NCBI RefSeq assembly: GCF_018977255.1
Contig: NW_024704742.1
Span: 6,822,001-6,882,000 of the forward strand
DNA from: Callorhinchus milii
Taxonomy: Eukaryota
Direction: 5' to 3'
DNA length: 60,000 bases
A program made the position numbers and the translations under genes. The notes beneath the pieces are model-generated. The model ran no database searches, was not told where the DNA came from, and worked only from the letters and a program-made list of their open reading frames with translations. Every line of letters begins with the position of its first letter. The first letter of the stretch is position 1. Positions 1 through 13,790 of the stretch are shown piece after piece.

Positions 1-277
1 TGAATTGACTGTATATTTTGTGGGCGAAACGCGGCAGCCAATTACGCACAGCAGCGTCCCACCAACAGTAGTGGTTGAGTGACCAGTTTTTTTTAAGAAA
101 TTACTAGCCCCGGAAAAGGAATCCGCCAACCAACTAACAACCGGGTTCCTACTTACTGCCAGATAAACAGAGGCGTGTGGAGTAAGGGTACTTCATCAAC
201 ATTTCGCCCTGCTGGGAATCAAACGCAGGTCTCACGCTTGCGAGGCAAGTGCTCTAACCACTGAGCTGCAGGACTTC
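1..277 (-). mobile_element. tRNA-headed SINE, family A (tail cut off by the window edge)
   Basis: Reverse complement starts gaagtcctgcagctcagtggttagagcac...gtttgattccc (Pol III A/B boxes); body matches the copies at 27967, 47358 and 49438. Confidence 0.85.
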
Positions 278-2678
278 ACATGCACAGTGTTTGGTACTTC
301 AGTCAAGCAGATATTATTCCTCTATGAGCCTAGACTGAGTCCCAGTAGTTTATTTAACCATTCGAGTGAGAACCCAATCTTCTCCTCATCGAATGCCCAG
401 TCACAAGCAAAAATCACTGCGTAGCAATCAAAACCCGAAATGAAAAATGATTAAATTCAGTCTCAATTTCTTTTTAAGGTGCTTTGGATGAGTTGGCTAA
501 AACTGGTTTTCAGATTGACTGTAGTTTGAGAATTTTTCACAATTTTACCTGTTAGTTTTATAAGGTGGAGTTGCTGACCTCTGGAACCCTGACTGACTTG
601 CCTCTTGTTTAAGCAAGGGGTACTGAAGGATATTAACGCTAACAGTGACGTCTCTACTGCTGCCTTGTGACACGTTTCTGACCGTCTCTTCACTATTTTC
701 CACACAAAAAGTTTCAGAAGTTCCATGAATCGCAGTACAAGTTGGTCAAGTAACTGGGATATGAATGACACTTGGTTGGTGGTGAAGGATTAATCTCAAT
801 AAAGGAAAACAAAGGAGACCTCTGGCCATTAAATGAGGGACAAATAGGGTGGAGGAGGAGATCGAAGGAGACAAATTGATGTGAAAACAAAGCAAATTAT
901 TTGAGAATATGTCAATATGTCTGAAATTGCAGATTTTTAGACACATTAACCAGCAAAGAAACACATCCTCAGTAGCCCATTACACACCTGTGTAGTACAG
1001 TTTGAATTGAGATCAACTGAAGTCTGATTTAGGAAAGTGGTCTATAGATCTTTACTGTGTGTGTGTAGCATTTAAAGAAGTGCATAAACACCCAAAAACT
1101 GTTAACATGACAGTTTCATGTTGTAAATAAATGTGGAGAATTTTCTGTGCTTAAACCTCATTTCTCTCAGCACTTACAATGGGGAGTTGTGTAAATTCTC
1201 AATGCAATCTCTACAATTTATTTCCCATTACATGCCTGGTGCTGACAAATTTTGTTCGTTCAACCATGTTTGGGAGCTGGGTAACAGACATTCCATTATT
1301 TTAGCCTTTATAAAGCTCTCCGTTTATTTCATATCTTTCAGCACAGGAACATAATTGTGGTCTTAAATAAGACTGAATGCTGCTAATGTTACCTTGAGTA
1401 AGCGTTACACAGTCAGCATATCAGCAGAGCAAAGCCAAGTTGAGGTCCATTGGACCTTTGAGTCATGTCTTCTGAGCTTTCCACTAACTATACAAAAGCA
1501 GGCTTTCAAATCCAGGAAGATAAATCCAGTGATGTAAAAATCTGAAAAATACTATGTTGGTGTTCGAAGAATATATTCCTAGCGAGATATTCAATGTTTT
1601 ATGAGGTTAGAAAGCTAGAAGGGAAAACTGATTTGACTAAAAGGCCAGTCTTTTATTGTTAGAAAATGGAAATGGGGAATTTTCAGTTAACAGTGCCTTC
1701 ATTGAAAGATAAGTGAGAATGAGAAAAGAGTATTAAATTCACTTGAGGTCCTGTTTCAGAGCCCAATCTTACATAGAATGATATGGTTTGGAAGTAAGCT
1801 GTTCAGCCCAACAGTGGCAATACTTATCTTCCACACAAGCTATTCTCTTCTCCTCTACACCTATTCCCTTCTCCCTCATGCATCCATTATATTTTCTCCT
1901 AAATACATTGATGTTTATTGCTTCAGCCAAAGCTTACAACGTGAATTCTCACCCCCCACTGCATAAAGAAGTTCCTCCTAAACTTCCTTTCCGATCTGAT
2001 AATTTTTTATTCGTTTTTTTTTGCTCAGCCAAATGTCGGACACATGCAGAAATCCATCATCTCATATATACATTGGAAATTCCTGAGATTTTTATTGGAA
2101 TGGAATGCGCACTCCCTCCCTGGAAGGTTGCATCCTGCTTACCCAATTCTCGGAAATTATTGGGCGAAGGTTGTCAAGAGCTAAGATTTTGGGACCCCAG
2201 AGTGTGCGTTGGAATACTGCTGGAGTCTAACCAGCTCAGGCTGCATAACTTGCTATTAAAGCACTATCTGGCAAGCATTCCCACCAGTTTTCCAGCTCGG
2301 ACAACCCTGTCCGTTAGAGCTTTGGTTTATAGGTTTAACAGGAGATGAGTGGGAAAAGTCTCTGCCTCAGTGGTCGACCCTTCCAAGTCCTGCCGGTGAG
2401 CCAGACTGGCCAGACTGTCTTAAGCAGTGCTCTGGAATACTGCAGACCTGCCTGGCTCAGGAACTGGCCTACCAAGACCACCACATAAGATTGGTTCGAT
2501 TCTGATATACTGGTTCCATACGTGTGACCCTGGAGCTTGGTTAGCTGTAAGGAGACGCCACTTACCTCCCCCACAGGAGGATAGTCACTAGTTGGTAATT
2601 ATGCCACCCAGCTGCCCCCATTTCACTCCACCTCCTGCTAAACTAGGAGCTGAATCAGTGCTCACTGAATGCCTTGTA

Positions 2679-4745
2679 TCAATTGGAACCCATGGAGATG
2701 TGGAGTTTGGTCCGGGTCAGTATGTGGGCGGCAGAGTTCTGAATGAGCTGGGTCTTTTGAATAGTGGAGCTGGGGAGACCGGTGAGGAGTGCGTTTGAGT
2801 AATCCAAGCGGGAGGTGACAAACGCATGCAGGAGAGCTTCGGCTGCATTTGGGGTAAGGTACAGTCGGTTGCGGGCAATGTGGCGGAGATGGAAGGCGGC
2901 GGCCCTGGTCAAGGACCAGATGTGGGGGAGGAAGGACAGCTGGGGGTCGAATTGGATGCCTAGATAGCGCACTGGTTCGGTGAGTCTGAGGGAGAGCCCA
3001 GTCAGATTGAGGAGTTTAGATCCGCAGGAGTGAAGACGTTGATGGGCGCCAAGGAGAATGGCTTCCGTCTTGTCCACATTTAGCTACTGGAAGTTTGCAC
3101 TTATCCACTTATCTGCCAGATAAGCTGATAGAACATCGGCGGACCTGGAGTTGGTAATGGAGGAGGCAAAGTAGATTTGTGTGTCATCCACATACATGTA
3201 GAAGTTTACCCCATGTCTGCGGATGACATCACCCAGAGGGAGTATATAGATAAGAAAAAGAAGAGGGCCAAGGATGGAGCCCTGGGGTACCCCGCAGGTG
3301 ACCGGGCGGGGCCGGGAGGAGAAACCATTTGCCGAGATGAAATGGAAGTGGTTGGTTAAGTAGGACTTGAACAATGCGAGTGCAGTCCATTAAGGTGGAT
3401 GAGGGAGGAGAGGCAATGGAGGAGGATGGAGTGGTCGATCCAGGAGGACGAGGAGGCAGAGGGAGCCCTGGTCACAGATAGAGAGGACGTCGTTTGTGAT
3501 TTTGACAAGCGCTGTCTCCGTGCTGTGGGCAGTCAGGGCGAAAATCAGACTGCAGGGGCTCAAGGAGGGAGTGGAGGGAGAGGTGTGACTGAAGTTGACC
3601 TGCAACAATGCGTCCCAGGACTTTGGCAAGGAAGGGTAAGTTGGAGATGGATCGGTAGCGTGAGAGATTCAAGGAATCGAGGGTGGATTTTTTGAGGAGT
3701 GTGATGATAGTGATTTTCAGGTGGAGCAGAACACTGCCTGAGGAGAGAGACTGGTTGACCGTGTCGGCCAACAGTGGGGAGAGGAGGGAGTGTTGAGTGA
3801 CCAGCTGCTGAGGAGGGGGTCGAGGCAACAGGGGGTGAACTTCATCCGGGTGATTGTGGTTGAGAGGGAGGATGGAGAAATGGGAGCAAAGGAGTGTAAG
3901 GAGAGGGGAGTGACAAGAACCGTGGCGGAGAGAGAAGGGGGTGTGGATGGTCTGGAAGGGATCATGGGGTGGGGAGGGGGAAGATGATGTGAGGATAGAG
4001 GGAGTTCGAGGGGTGATGGACGGTGGAAAACAGCATCTTTGAATTGTTGTTTGCCTCCAGGATGACTTTGGAGTAAAAGTCGGTTTGGGACTGTGAATGG
4101 GAGAGGCGGTGAGTGTGGAGGTGCTCGAGTCACAGCTAGCGGTGAATCGTGAGGCCGGATTTCTGCCATCTGCGCTTGAGTATCCGGGTTTATGTTTTGA
4201 GTGAGTGAAGATGACTGGTGTACCAGGGGGAGCGGGTGAGTTTGGAAACAACCCTGGATTTTAGGGGAGCCAGGGAATTAAAGGTTGTAGAGAGACGGTC
4301 ATTCAGGAGCTTGATAGCTGCATCAGGATCGCTGCGGGCACAGGGCCAGAGGGAGAGGAAGTCCAAGGAAGAGAGGGCATTTGTAAGGGACTCATGGGGA
4401 AGCTTTTTCCAGTGGTGGAAAAAAACGATGGCGTGTTTGGAAGAGGGGAGGGGTATGTGGGAGGAGAGGGAGATCAGGAAGTGGTCTGATGGCCTTGTGA
4501 TAAACAGGTCGGAAATGTCAAGGCCTTATGTGCGATGACGAGGTCGAGGGAGTGGCCACGGCTGTGGGTCGGCGAGTTGATGTGGAGGGAGAGGTTTAGG
4601 GAGGAGAGGAGGCCAGTGAAATCCAAGAAGAGGGTGCAAGGGGAGGTTAGGTGTGGGTCGAGATCACCCATTGTGAGCAGGTGTTCAGTGCAGAGGGACA
4701 GGGATGAGAGGAGGGAGGAGATATCAGTGAGCAAGACTTGGAAGG
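2679..4745 (-). mobile_element. Decayed L2-clade LINE, ORF2 (end of endonuclease to end of reverse transcriptase), frameshifted
   Basis: Collinear ORF pieces: GD..PHL/PTHSRGHSLDLV (APE endonuclease), [66 protein letters not shown]. Confidence 0.92.
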
Positions 4746-5636
4746 TGGGCTTAACAGTGGAGTTTGCAACGAAAATAATAAGAAGAGGCAGTTAGAAGCC
4801 CTCGGCCATCTGAAAGGGGTTAAGAGGTATAGATTTACAATGGTGTGATAATCAATTCAACATCTCCGATTATTCAGTTGGGGAATTTAAAATTTGGTTT
4901 AAAATGAGGATGTAAATGCTTCAAACCATACTCTCAGGAAGTTTCTGTCACCACTTGCCAGACATGCTCTGTTTTCAATCTTTAACAAACGTAACAGCGT
5001 ACTAAAACAATGAAACGTCCTCGCTAACATTTTGCAAAAGAATTCAAACAATTGTCACCTAAAGTGTTGAATGTACACTTTTCCCAATAATTTTGTTTCC
5101 CCACATACAAGGTGTGTCCTAATGAAGCCACCTCCATGGAGCGCGAGTTTGCTTACAACACGGGTGTCTTGTTTCTGGTGTGGACTGGCAAGCTTCTGTA
5201 CGAACTATATGTATGCGTACCGGAACCTGGACATCCACACCAACAACAATAACTTGCATTTATATAGCGCACCCTCACGCAGGGTTGGGTCCCAGAGTGC
5301 TTGAGAGTGGCGGAGCATGACTCCAGAAGTGACAGGGGTGGCAACCCGATGATCAGGAAGTAGGACGGTGGCCATTTTTGTACCCCAGACCTCTTATGAC
5401 GCAACGTCTCATTTTATGAACTCCCATGATATCCTTTTAGGCCACATTTCGAGATTTTTCATGAGATTCGTGAGAGCGATCACGAATGCTGGATTTCTGT
5501 GGCCAGGAGGGTGGTTCAATGATGTCAGTGGGACCTGACAACTTGGAAACACTGACAGGAAACCATTTTTATATGATGGCCTGGTAATGTCTGCATATCT
5601 GCTTTTATAGACCCAAAACAACTGGTTATAATATAC

Positions 5637-5739
5637 CTGACTGTATTGCCTTGCACATTGTCTGACTGCATTACCTTGCTCTCTGTCTCATTCTATTACC
5701 TTGCACATTGTCTAACTGTACTGCCTTGCTCGTTGTCTG
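5637..5739. repeat. 25-bp minisatellite, about 4 units
   Basis: ctgactgtattgccttgcacattgt / ctgactgcattaccttgctctctgt / ctcattctattaccttgcacattgt / ctaactgtactgccttgctcgttgt. Confidence 0.85.
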
Positions 5740-8579
5740 TACAATAAATTCAGCCACAGTTACATTTATGTTTAGCGTGCAATCACTTCTGCTCGCTGTA
5801 GTTAGATCTCAGCACCATGTGGAGCAGCTCCTTTGTCTTCGAGTTTCTGAAGTTCTGGTATCCTGTAACCTCAATCATTTTTCAAAATCAACCAGTTTAA
5901 TCTTTTTCCCATCTCTCTGTGAAAATTCCCTATTGGAGAAGATTAAAATTCTGTGCGGTTACTATAAACCTTGCGACATCTGGGAGATGTATTTGCTCTA
6001 TGTCTGAACAGTGAAGACACACATGGTCGATCAATGCAACCGAAAGGTTCCTCCAGAAAAACTTCCACATTGCATTTCAAAAGTATGTTCAGGGATCCAG
6101 AAAGTTATCTCTGAAGACTACTAAAAAGGCATCAATCCTACTATCAGACTCTACCTCAAAGCTGGCTAAAGAAGAACCGACAAAAACGTATTATCTGATT
6201 GCATCTCCGTGAAAAATGAACTTGTCTTGGTTATAACATAATCAAACTCAGGCCAACGATATTGATTTGTACAATGTAGACTTAAAGGGGCACAGTCATC
6301 ATGACAAAATGCTTGGCAAATCTTCTGTTGTTTTTCTTCCAGATCAATCTCAATGAGTCAAAGTGATGACGGAAATTGGGTTGAAACACATCATCACCTC
6401 ATCAGCATGAGGCAACATTAAGATGAAAGTCACATATGGCTCTTCTCCCTCCACAAACCAAAGATGTTTCCAAATGTTTGTTTTACCACGTTGAAAGTGG
6501 CCTTGAAGCAATAGATCTAAATTGTGTTTTTTTAAATGAAGACAATCACTCAAAACTGCTTCCGACTATACAGCGCCACACTGGGATTCCTATTGGTGCT
6601 GTCTTCCCAACAGTAAACACAGGGTATTTGGTTTTGATCTGCCGGGTGCCTGAGTGCCTGGTACACAAATCAGACTAACTTCCACGTACGTATATCACCT
6701 ACGGATAGAAAATTTATTGTGTCTGGAATAGAGCTCACACTCCCTCTCTGTAGGGACACCCTCTGTTTGCTTAATTCCGGAAAGTATTAGGCGCAAGTGG
6801 GATGGGAGGCAAAACTTGGGAGCTTTGGTGTGTGTGTTCTAGAGGTCCAAGTCCAAAGTTGGGTACCAGGCTAACTTAACAGGACAAATAGAGGAAATAG
6901 TACGTGTGGGAGTCACAACATTAATGGATTCCAATTTGCAGGTTGTGTTAACCATGTGCAAGTTTTTTTTAAAGTTTTGGCATCCTGTATCTGCACTCAA
7001 TTTTTAAAATCAACCAGTTTAACCTTTTTCCCCATCTATTCTCCCTCCACAAACTCAATACCTTGCTCACCAGTCTCCCCTTCTATACTTTCCATAAGCT
7101 CCAGATCATCCTCCTCTGCAGCCTGCCATCCTTCCCAACCAATTCCACATTCCCTATCATCCCCATCCTCACCCGACTCTACCGCCAGGGGTGGAATAAG
7201 GGGTCTCCAATCAGTCGATGGACGTTAGGTGGCATCTCCCACACGTTCAACAAAAATAAAGAGGCCAGAATAATACTTATCGTAATTTAAACATTAAAGG
7301 TTATAAGATTTGGCTTAGTGTTCAATTTGACACAAAAACGACTCCATTCTACTGCTCTTTCCTCTTGTCTTTTGGATCATACATGTCAGCGCCACCTAGT
7401 GTCGATCAACCATTTGAAGACCCCTGCCCTATAGTGTCAACTTTAGGATCGGTGTCCTCTCCTTCAAATGACTCCAATGCCTTGACGCTCACCCTACATA
7501 TGTGATCTCTTGTGATCTTATTCCTTCACCTATCCCCTATTCTCCACTAACTCTGGCCCCTTCGTGTCCCCCACCCACTTTGCCCCACCTTCAGTGGCCG
7601 AACTTTCAGCCACTTTGTTCCCGCTCCTTTCTTCCAACATTCCTCCAGCTCACCCTCTCTCTCTCTTTCAAAACAGCAACAGCTTGCATTTATATAGCGC
7701 CCTTCACGTGGGGTATCATCTCGCAGAGCTTAACGGTGGCGGAACTTGACGCCGAGCCAGGAAGGGGAAGACCTTTAGATATGATCTGGAAACAGTCAAG
7801 GAGGGGGCAAGGTGGAGGGATGGAGGGACTGAAGCAGAATCCCACAGTGGCAGAAACCCACCTAAAAACCTACCTCTTAGATATTGCTTTGGTCACTTTC
7901 TCCCAACTTCCTTCCCAGATCAGGCAGGTTACCACTCTGACTTTGTAAAGCATTTTGAGATGTTCTCCTATGTAAAGCGCCGTATTAATGTAAACTACTG
8001 TAGCTATTGTGCACAGAAGGAATCACAATGAAGACAACAACAACAACTTGCATTTATATAGTGCCCTTCATGCGGGGTAGCTTTCTGGAGTACTTAAGTG
8101 TTTAAATGATTCTGGAATGCTTTCGTTAAGTTGCTAATTACATAATCAAGGAAATTATTCCCCTTTGCGCGCACATTTCCGCAACTTGTAAAATAATCCC
8201 CGGTGTTGCTTTTGGCTACGAAACTTACATTTAACAATAGGTTGAATGGCTTTGCAAACAAAGCTTTTAAATTAACCCATTGAATACATTCAACTGCCAC
8301 ATTCATTTATTTTAATTAGCACTGAATGACGTGGCACTGTAACATTTTAAGCTATAACCCTCTGACTCTGACCTCAGACTGACACTCCAGTGCAGTGCTG
8401 GGGATGTGCTGCATTGTTGGAGCTGCTGTACTTCAGATAAAGATGTTGAACCAAGATTCTGCTGCCTGTCTAGGTGCCCATAAAACATCCCACGTTACAA
8501 TTCAAACAAGGAAGGCAATTTCTCCTGCTGCCCCTCCAATCTCATCCCTCCGAATGCCCACCCCACCCTCACTGCATTA

Positions 8580-8860
8580 AGTTGATTTTCAAATGATTCC
8601 AGTGTCCTGGCTTCTATCATCTTTCCTGGCAATCTGTTCCAGTCACTGATTACCCTCTGAATGAAGAAACACCTTCCTGATGTCTGTCCTGAAATGGCCC
8701 TTTACAACTCTAAACCTATGTCCTTTTATGTTCTACTATCTTGGTGCATCCTGAAATATTGATATGGGTTTACTTTTTCAATCCCATTTAAAATTGTCCA
8801 CACCTCTATGAGGTTTCCTCTCCGCTGAGTCATTTTCTCTCAAGACTGAAAAGCCCTAGT
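8580..8860 (-). mobile_element. Old CR1 LINE 3' fragment
   Basis: Reverse complement reads RKVFLHSEGNQ.WNRLP-like and LGLFSLE-like C-terminal CR1 sequence. Confidence 0.6.
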
Positions 8861-9167
8861 GTCTGGGTGTTGACATTTATGATAACTTTTCCTTGCATTT
8901 GATTTAGTGTCTATAAGAGACGAACATTCACAGATGTTGTTTAGTGCACAATCACATAATACTCAGTGTACTTCAGTTCCACTCTCTAGTAGCCTTTGTG
9001 ATGAATTCTGCTCAGTGTTCACCCTCCAACCCCCACCAGCCCTGCCCTCCATCCCTCCTGATCCTAACTCCCAGCTCGGGTCCAAAAACTCCTGCCTGTC
9101 CAACGCCCTGTGACGTCTTTCCGACGTGAAGGGCGCTATACAAGTGTAATTTGTTGGTGTCACTTAC

Positions 9168-9475
9168 CAGCCCAGCCCTTCGCGCGACCACAGTATGAAA
9201 CTGTCCGTCCGAAACCCTCTTGGCCGTCACCAGTCTCTGTGTCCCGCTTCCCAGGTTGAAGGAGAACAGCATCTTCCCTTCCACGACCTCCAGGGCCAGG
9301 AACTCTCCTCGCTCTCCTGTCTGGTTGTCGTAATTGTACACCAGCAAGGCGTTGTCTTTAATGGTGGCAAACTTGATGTAGATGTAATTGTTGTTGGCAT
9401 CCAGACTCGGAAATTCCATGTACGACAGCTCCTCAAACCCGTAACTGTTCAACTCGCAGTGCTTCCCGAAGACGC
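9168..9475 (-). CDS. FAT4: FAT4 coding exon (start of laminin G-like domain 1; 308 nt, phase 1 to 0)
   Basis: Acceptor gggttttcag|GC, donor CTG|gtaagt. Translates GVFGKHCELNSYGFEELSYMEFPSLDANNNYIYIKFATIK...SDGQFHTVVARRAGL. Confidence 0.96.
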
Positions 9476-10599
9476 CTGAAAACCCACAAGAAACGTATCT
9501 TGACTCAAACAGCCAACATTTTGCATTTTTAGTACCACTTTCTGCTTTTCATTAGATACGAGGGGTCTGAATTCTCACTGAGTGTAGCCGAGCCTTGGCT
9601 TTGGAGGTCAAAAGGTGTTGCTGTTCTTCATCATTCTCTGCACATCTTGCATTGAAGAAACAAACCAACATTGAATAGAATGTAATCAGCCAGAACTCAG
9701 TTACTGCGTCTCTTCCACCCCTCGCTACTCCCTCTAGCTCTCTCCTGCCAACTCACTTTGCCCACCATCACTTTTCTTCATCCATCTTTCTCCCCCATTG
9801 TTCGTTTCCCTCTGCCTCAATTATGCTCAGCTCACTGTTTAATATAAGTTAACCGGAAACTCTATCATCTGAGCCCCTTCATGTCTGGAATTCATTTCTG
9901 TATTCATGCCTGGTGATTTCTCAGTATAATTTAGGGAGAGCGTGGGAAGGAAGGTGGCACTAAATAACTAATTGGAGCAAATGAGATGCAATAGGCTAGA
10001 CTGTAATAGTAATTGTAATAATAATAATAATCCTTGCATTTTATATGGCGCCTGATCACGCCTTCGAGATGTCCCAAGGCGCTTCACAGAATATATTGTA
10101 AAGTGAATTGACTGTATATTTTGTGGGCAAAACGCAGCAGCCAATAACGCTGCAGGCCTAAAGATGTGATTTCTAGAGTGCCATACTGAGGAAAAAGAGT
10201 TCATGTTAGTAAACATCATTCGGGAGCTTTTTTACAAAATTAAATCCTTACAGCGAATAGCGATTAACTTTACCCTTTAGTGTTTCCTGTCTTTTCTCAT
10301 ACACATGTATTGCAACAGTTACTTACTGCCTTGGAGGAGTCTGAGAACCAAAATTCCACCCAGTCCTGGCCTGTTCAGGCAATTCGGTCTTAGATCATGC
10401 GAAATTGTGGAAAATTGATAAATTCAATTTTAACTTGGAAGTCAGTTTCTTTTCCGGAACCGTGAGAAACCTGCCTCCAAATTAACATTGAATTTATGAA
10501 TTTTTCGCCATCCCGTACAATTTTATGTTTTAAGATTAAATGATCTAACAGGCTAAAACTAAACTAAATGTTATGCTTCAGATTAGCATCTGAATTTAA

Positions 10600-10960
10600 T
10601 AAACTCACACAGGTGAGTTCAAGTCCACATTGGGAGTTTCAAGAGTTTAGACTGATACTTCAGTTCCAGCGCTGGAGAAGCACTAAATTATTGGATGTGC
10701 TATCCTTTGGATAAAACGTTAACCTGAGGTCCTGTCTGCCTGTTTAGGTGGAAATAAAGATCCCATGGTATTATTTGAAAAGAGAAGACAGTTCTGCCTG
10801 GAATCCAGGCCAATATTCCCTCAGAGAAGAAAAAAATTGGTCAATCATTTCATGAACAGTTAGTGTGACATTGTCCTTCACCTAAATACGCAATCATTAC
10901 ACTTCACAAATTTGGTGTGAAGTTCTTTGAGATGTTTTGATGTGATAAGTACTATCAAAT
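10600..10960 (+). mobile_element. DeuSINE-type element, family B (old)
   Basis: gagttcaagtccaca, ggataaaacgttaacctgaggtcctgtctgcctgtttaggtgga, aaagatcccatgg. Confidence 0.72.
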
Positions 10961-13439
10961 GGAAGGAATATTTTTAATCAGTTTTCAACACGCACGGTTC
11001 GAATACTAAAAATCACGATTAAATAAAAAAAACTAGAAAGGTTGTTAAACATGATCTGTCTCACTGGGGACAAGGAATCATTTTACTCAACTCCTGTTAA
11101 CCCTGCAAGCCAAAGTCCTAGCGAGTAGGGTGTGTCCTAGCTGGACAAGCAGTGGGAAAGCTTGTCGGACAGTGATACCACGGCTATGCAGTCTTAGTTG
11201 GTTAGACTCCATCAATGCCCCAACACACACTCTGAGGTCCCCAAGCAACCTGCGCCTAATATTTTCAGAATTAGGTAAGCAGGATGTGTCTCTCCAGGGA
11301 GAGAGTGCTCATTCCATTCTAACAATCTACCTCTGGGATTTCCATGAGTAGGTGGGATGCAAGGATCTCTCAGTTTGGTTTAGATACTCTTAAGCACGGT
11401 GTTGGGTTTCCGCATGTGTCAGACACCCGGCTGACCAAAACAAAACAAAAACTATCGCAGGACTGTTCTGTCAGTCATCGTTAGAAAACCACTTTAGAAA
11501 CTGGAACACCTTGTGCTCTGAAATCTGTTTCATGGAGAAGTCATCTGCATGCTTTCTCAACATTTCACACAGAAAACAATGCTTTGTGGCACTTTGGTTG
11601 CAGTGCCTGCAAAGGAAATAATGCTTAACTGTGTCAACCTTTTTTTTGCAAATTAGGTTCACAAATGCACGGTGTGGGCCATTGCTGTGTATATATTGGC
11701 TGCTGCGTACGCCTATAAAATACGCAGTTACACCACTTTTAGTATATCTTGAGACATCTTGATGATAAGGCTCTGTATCAAATGCAAAGATTATTGTAAT
11801 TATTACTGTATTTTCTTAGCACTTCAAAGCATCCAGAAATTCTTTGGTAAATTCTTAAGCAGTCTTAATTCTGGAAGCCATGCCTTTAGTTCTATTAACG
11901 ACTTACAGCGAACTGGTTTTAAAGTTAAGACCAAACTGAAAAAGATGTCGAAATTCTGGATGCTCAGAAACGCTGCAACAACAGCGTATAAATCTAGAAG
12001 AAAGTGGAATTGTTGGGGCCCCTTTCATCCATCTATGAAAAAATGTTGGCTGGAGACTTTCAGTCTAATTAAAATACTTTGGCACATATTTCAATGAGGT
12101 GTGATAAGTAACAACCTGGTTCTGACAGGAAAATGGATTGCAGTCAGAATGTTGTCCAGAACTATCATCAAGCACAATACCATGATAACATTTCCAGAGG
12201 AAGAACTAGACACACCTAACCTTCAAAGGTAACTAACTCTATAGCACTTTTATCTCCATGTCAGAAGTTTATGGGTTCAAGTTCTAAGTTGGGGCTTTAA
12301 CCTGACATTTGACACTATGTGTTGAGGGAGTGTTGCGTTGTTGGAAGTGCCGTTCTTCAGATGAAGCATTGAACTGACTTCCCATCTGACGATTCAATTG
12401 AACGTTAAAGATCCCATTACACTATTTAAATAGAAAAGGGAGTTTCCTCAAACAGCCCTTTGAACAGTTGTGACTGAGCAAACGTTACCTCACTCTGAAA
12501 TTTTTACTGCAACCATGTTCTCACAATTAGACTGAAATAAACATAACATTTTGGGCCATTCAAAAGATTGCCGACAGCAGTTTTAAGGCCTTGGGTTCAT
12601 CAACTTTGATAGCTCAGTTGGTAAGTGTGGTGTACTATTGAGACACATAAAACAGGAGTAGGCAAGGCCTGCTTTAATCTATACCAAAGGTTGTATTCCC
12701 ACAGGGAATATGGCAATGGTCTTGCTGTTGCTGGCCATGGAGCAGTTATGTATATAAATTACTGCAATCAGGAATGGTGGTGAAACAGCTTGTTTTACTA
12801 ATGATAAATAATAATAATCCTTGCCTTACCACGTCTTCGAGACAGCTCAAAGCGCTTCAAAGTACAAGTATAGCCAGTCTGCCGCTCAATAATCCCCTTC
12901 TGAGGATGGGCCTGGTGTCACATCCCATTGATGATCCAGCACTGTTCACAGTGACGTGGTTAGACACACAGCAACCTGTATTAGCTAAGTGTAGAGGCTG
13001 GCAGAGAGCTGATCAGAGAGGCTGGGAGGGAAGGGAATTTCCACATGAGGGTGAGGAAAACAACAATATAAAAGGATTCTGGAACGTCTACAGCCTATAT
13101 AACAATCACCATGCAAATGTTTTGTGCTTTACTTTTGGGAACTTAGACCAATAATAACCGTTTGATTGGGTTAGAGCCTTTGAGAAACTGAAAAGCCTGT
13201 GTTCGTTCTCCGTAACTCACCGAGAGGTTGGGAAGAACACTAGGTCAAAAGAAAATGTAGCTGAAGCAAGCGGACCTAATTTCGCTCTGAAATGCCAAGA
13301 TCAGAGAATGAGGATTTTGCCACTTTAGATATCCATTAACCACAATCATCTCCTTCCTCCAGTCTGTTCAGCTACGGTACTCAAGCCCAGCCACAGTAGA
13401 ATGGCTCTAGTTGCATTGCAAAAAGGAAAGGCAACTGGA

Positions 13440-13790
13440 TTTTAGACCATTTTCAGAGCATTGGAGATGGTGCAGAGAGGAGCAATAAAATCTATCCTTG
13501 GCATAAAGGGGTTCAGCTACGATTTAAAACCAAGCAAGCTTAACTTCCACTATGGAAAGAAGGCAATTGCAAAGGTTTCCTAAGTAAATTATGCAAACAG
13601 TGAATGGTATAGATAGGTTGAACCCGGAAAAGTAAAGTAAGGGAACACATTTCAAATAGTACAGAACAGTTTAAAAACAGATGTTAGGAAGAATCTTTTT
13701 GTGCAGCAGGGCTGAAAAAAGTATTCCTCAGGAAAATGGTAATGACGCCAGTGCCACTGGAAAAGATACTGGGAGACGCACAATTTTGTT
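13440..13790 (+). mobile_element. Old CR1 LINE 3' fragment
   Basis: LEMVQRGAIKSILGIKGFSY resembles the CR1 motif LE.VQRRATK.IPG. Confidence 0.65.

Noticed and set aside
1788..2348. 186-aa ORF
   Set aside because: Runs through a family-C repeat, is not open in the other copies and has no recognisable domain.
5637..5739. Regularly spaced 25-bp repeats as a CRISPR-like array
   Set aside because: Head-to-tail units with no spacers, in a vertebrate intron; an ordinary minisatellite.
6281..6304. ttaaaggggcacagtca, resembling a Kolobok transposon end; likewise caggggtggcaacc near 5332 resembling a hAT end
   Set aside because: No matching opposite terminus was found for either.
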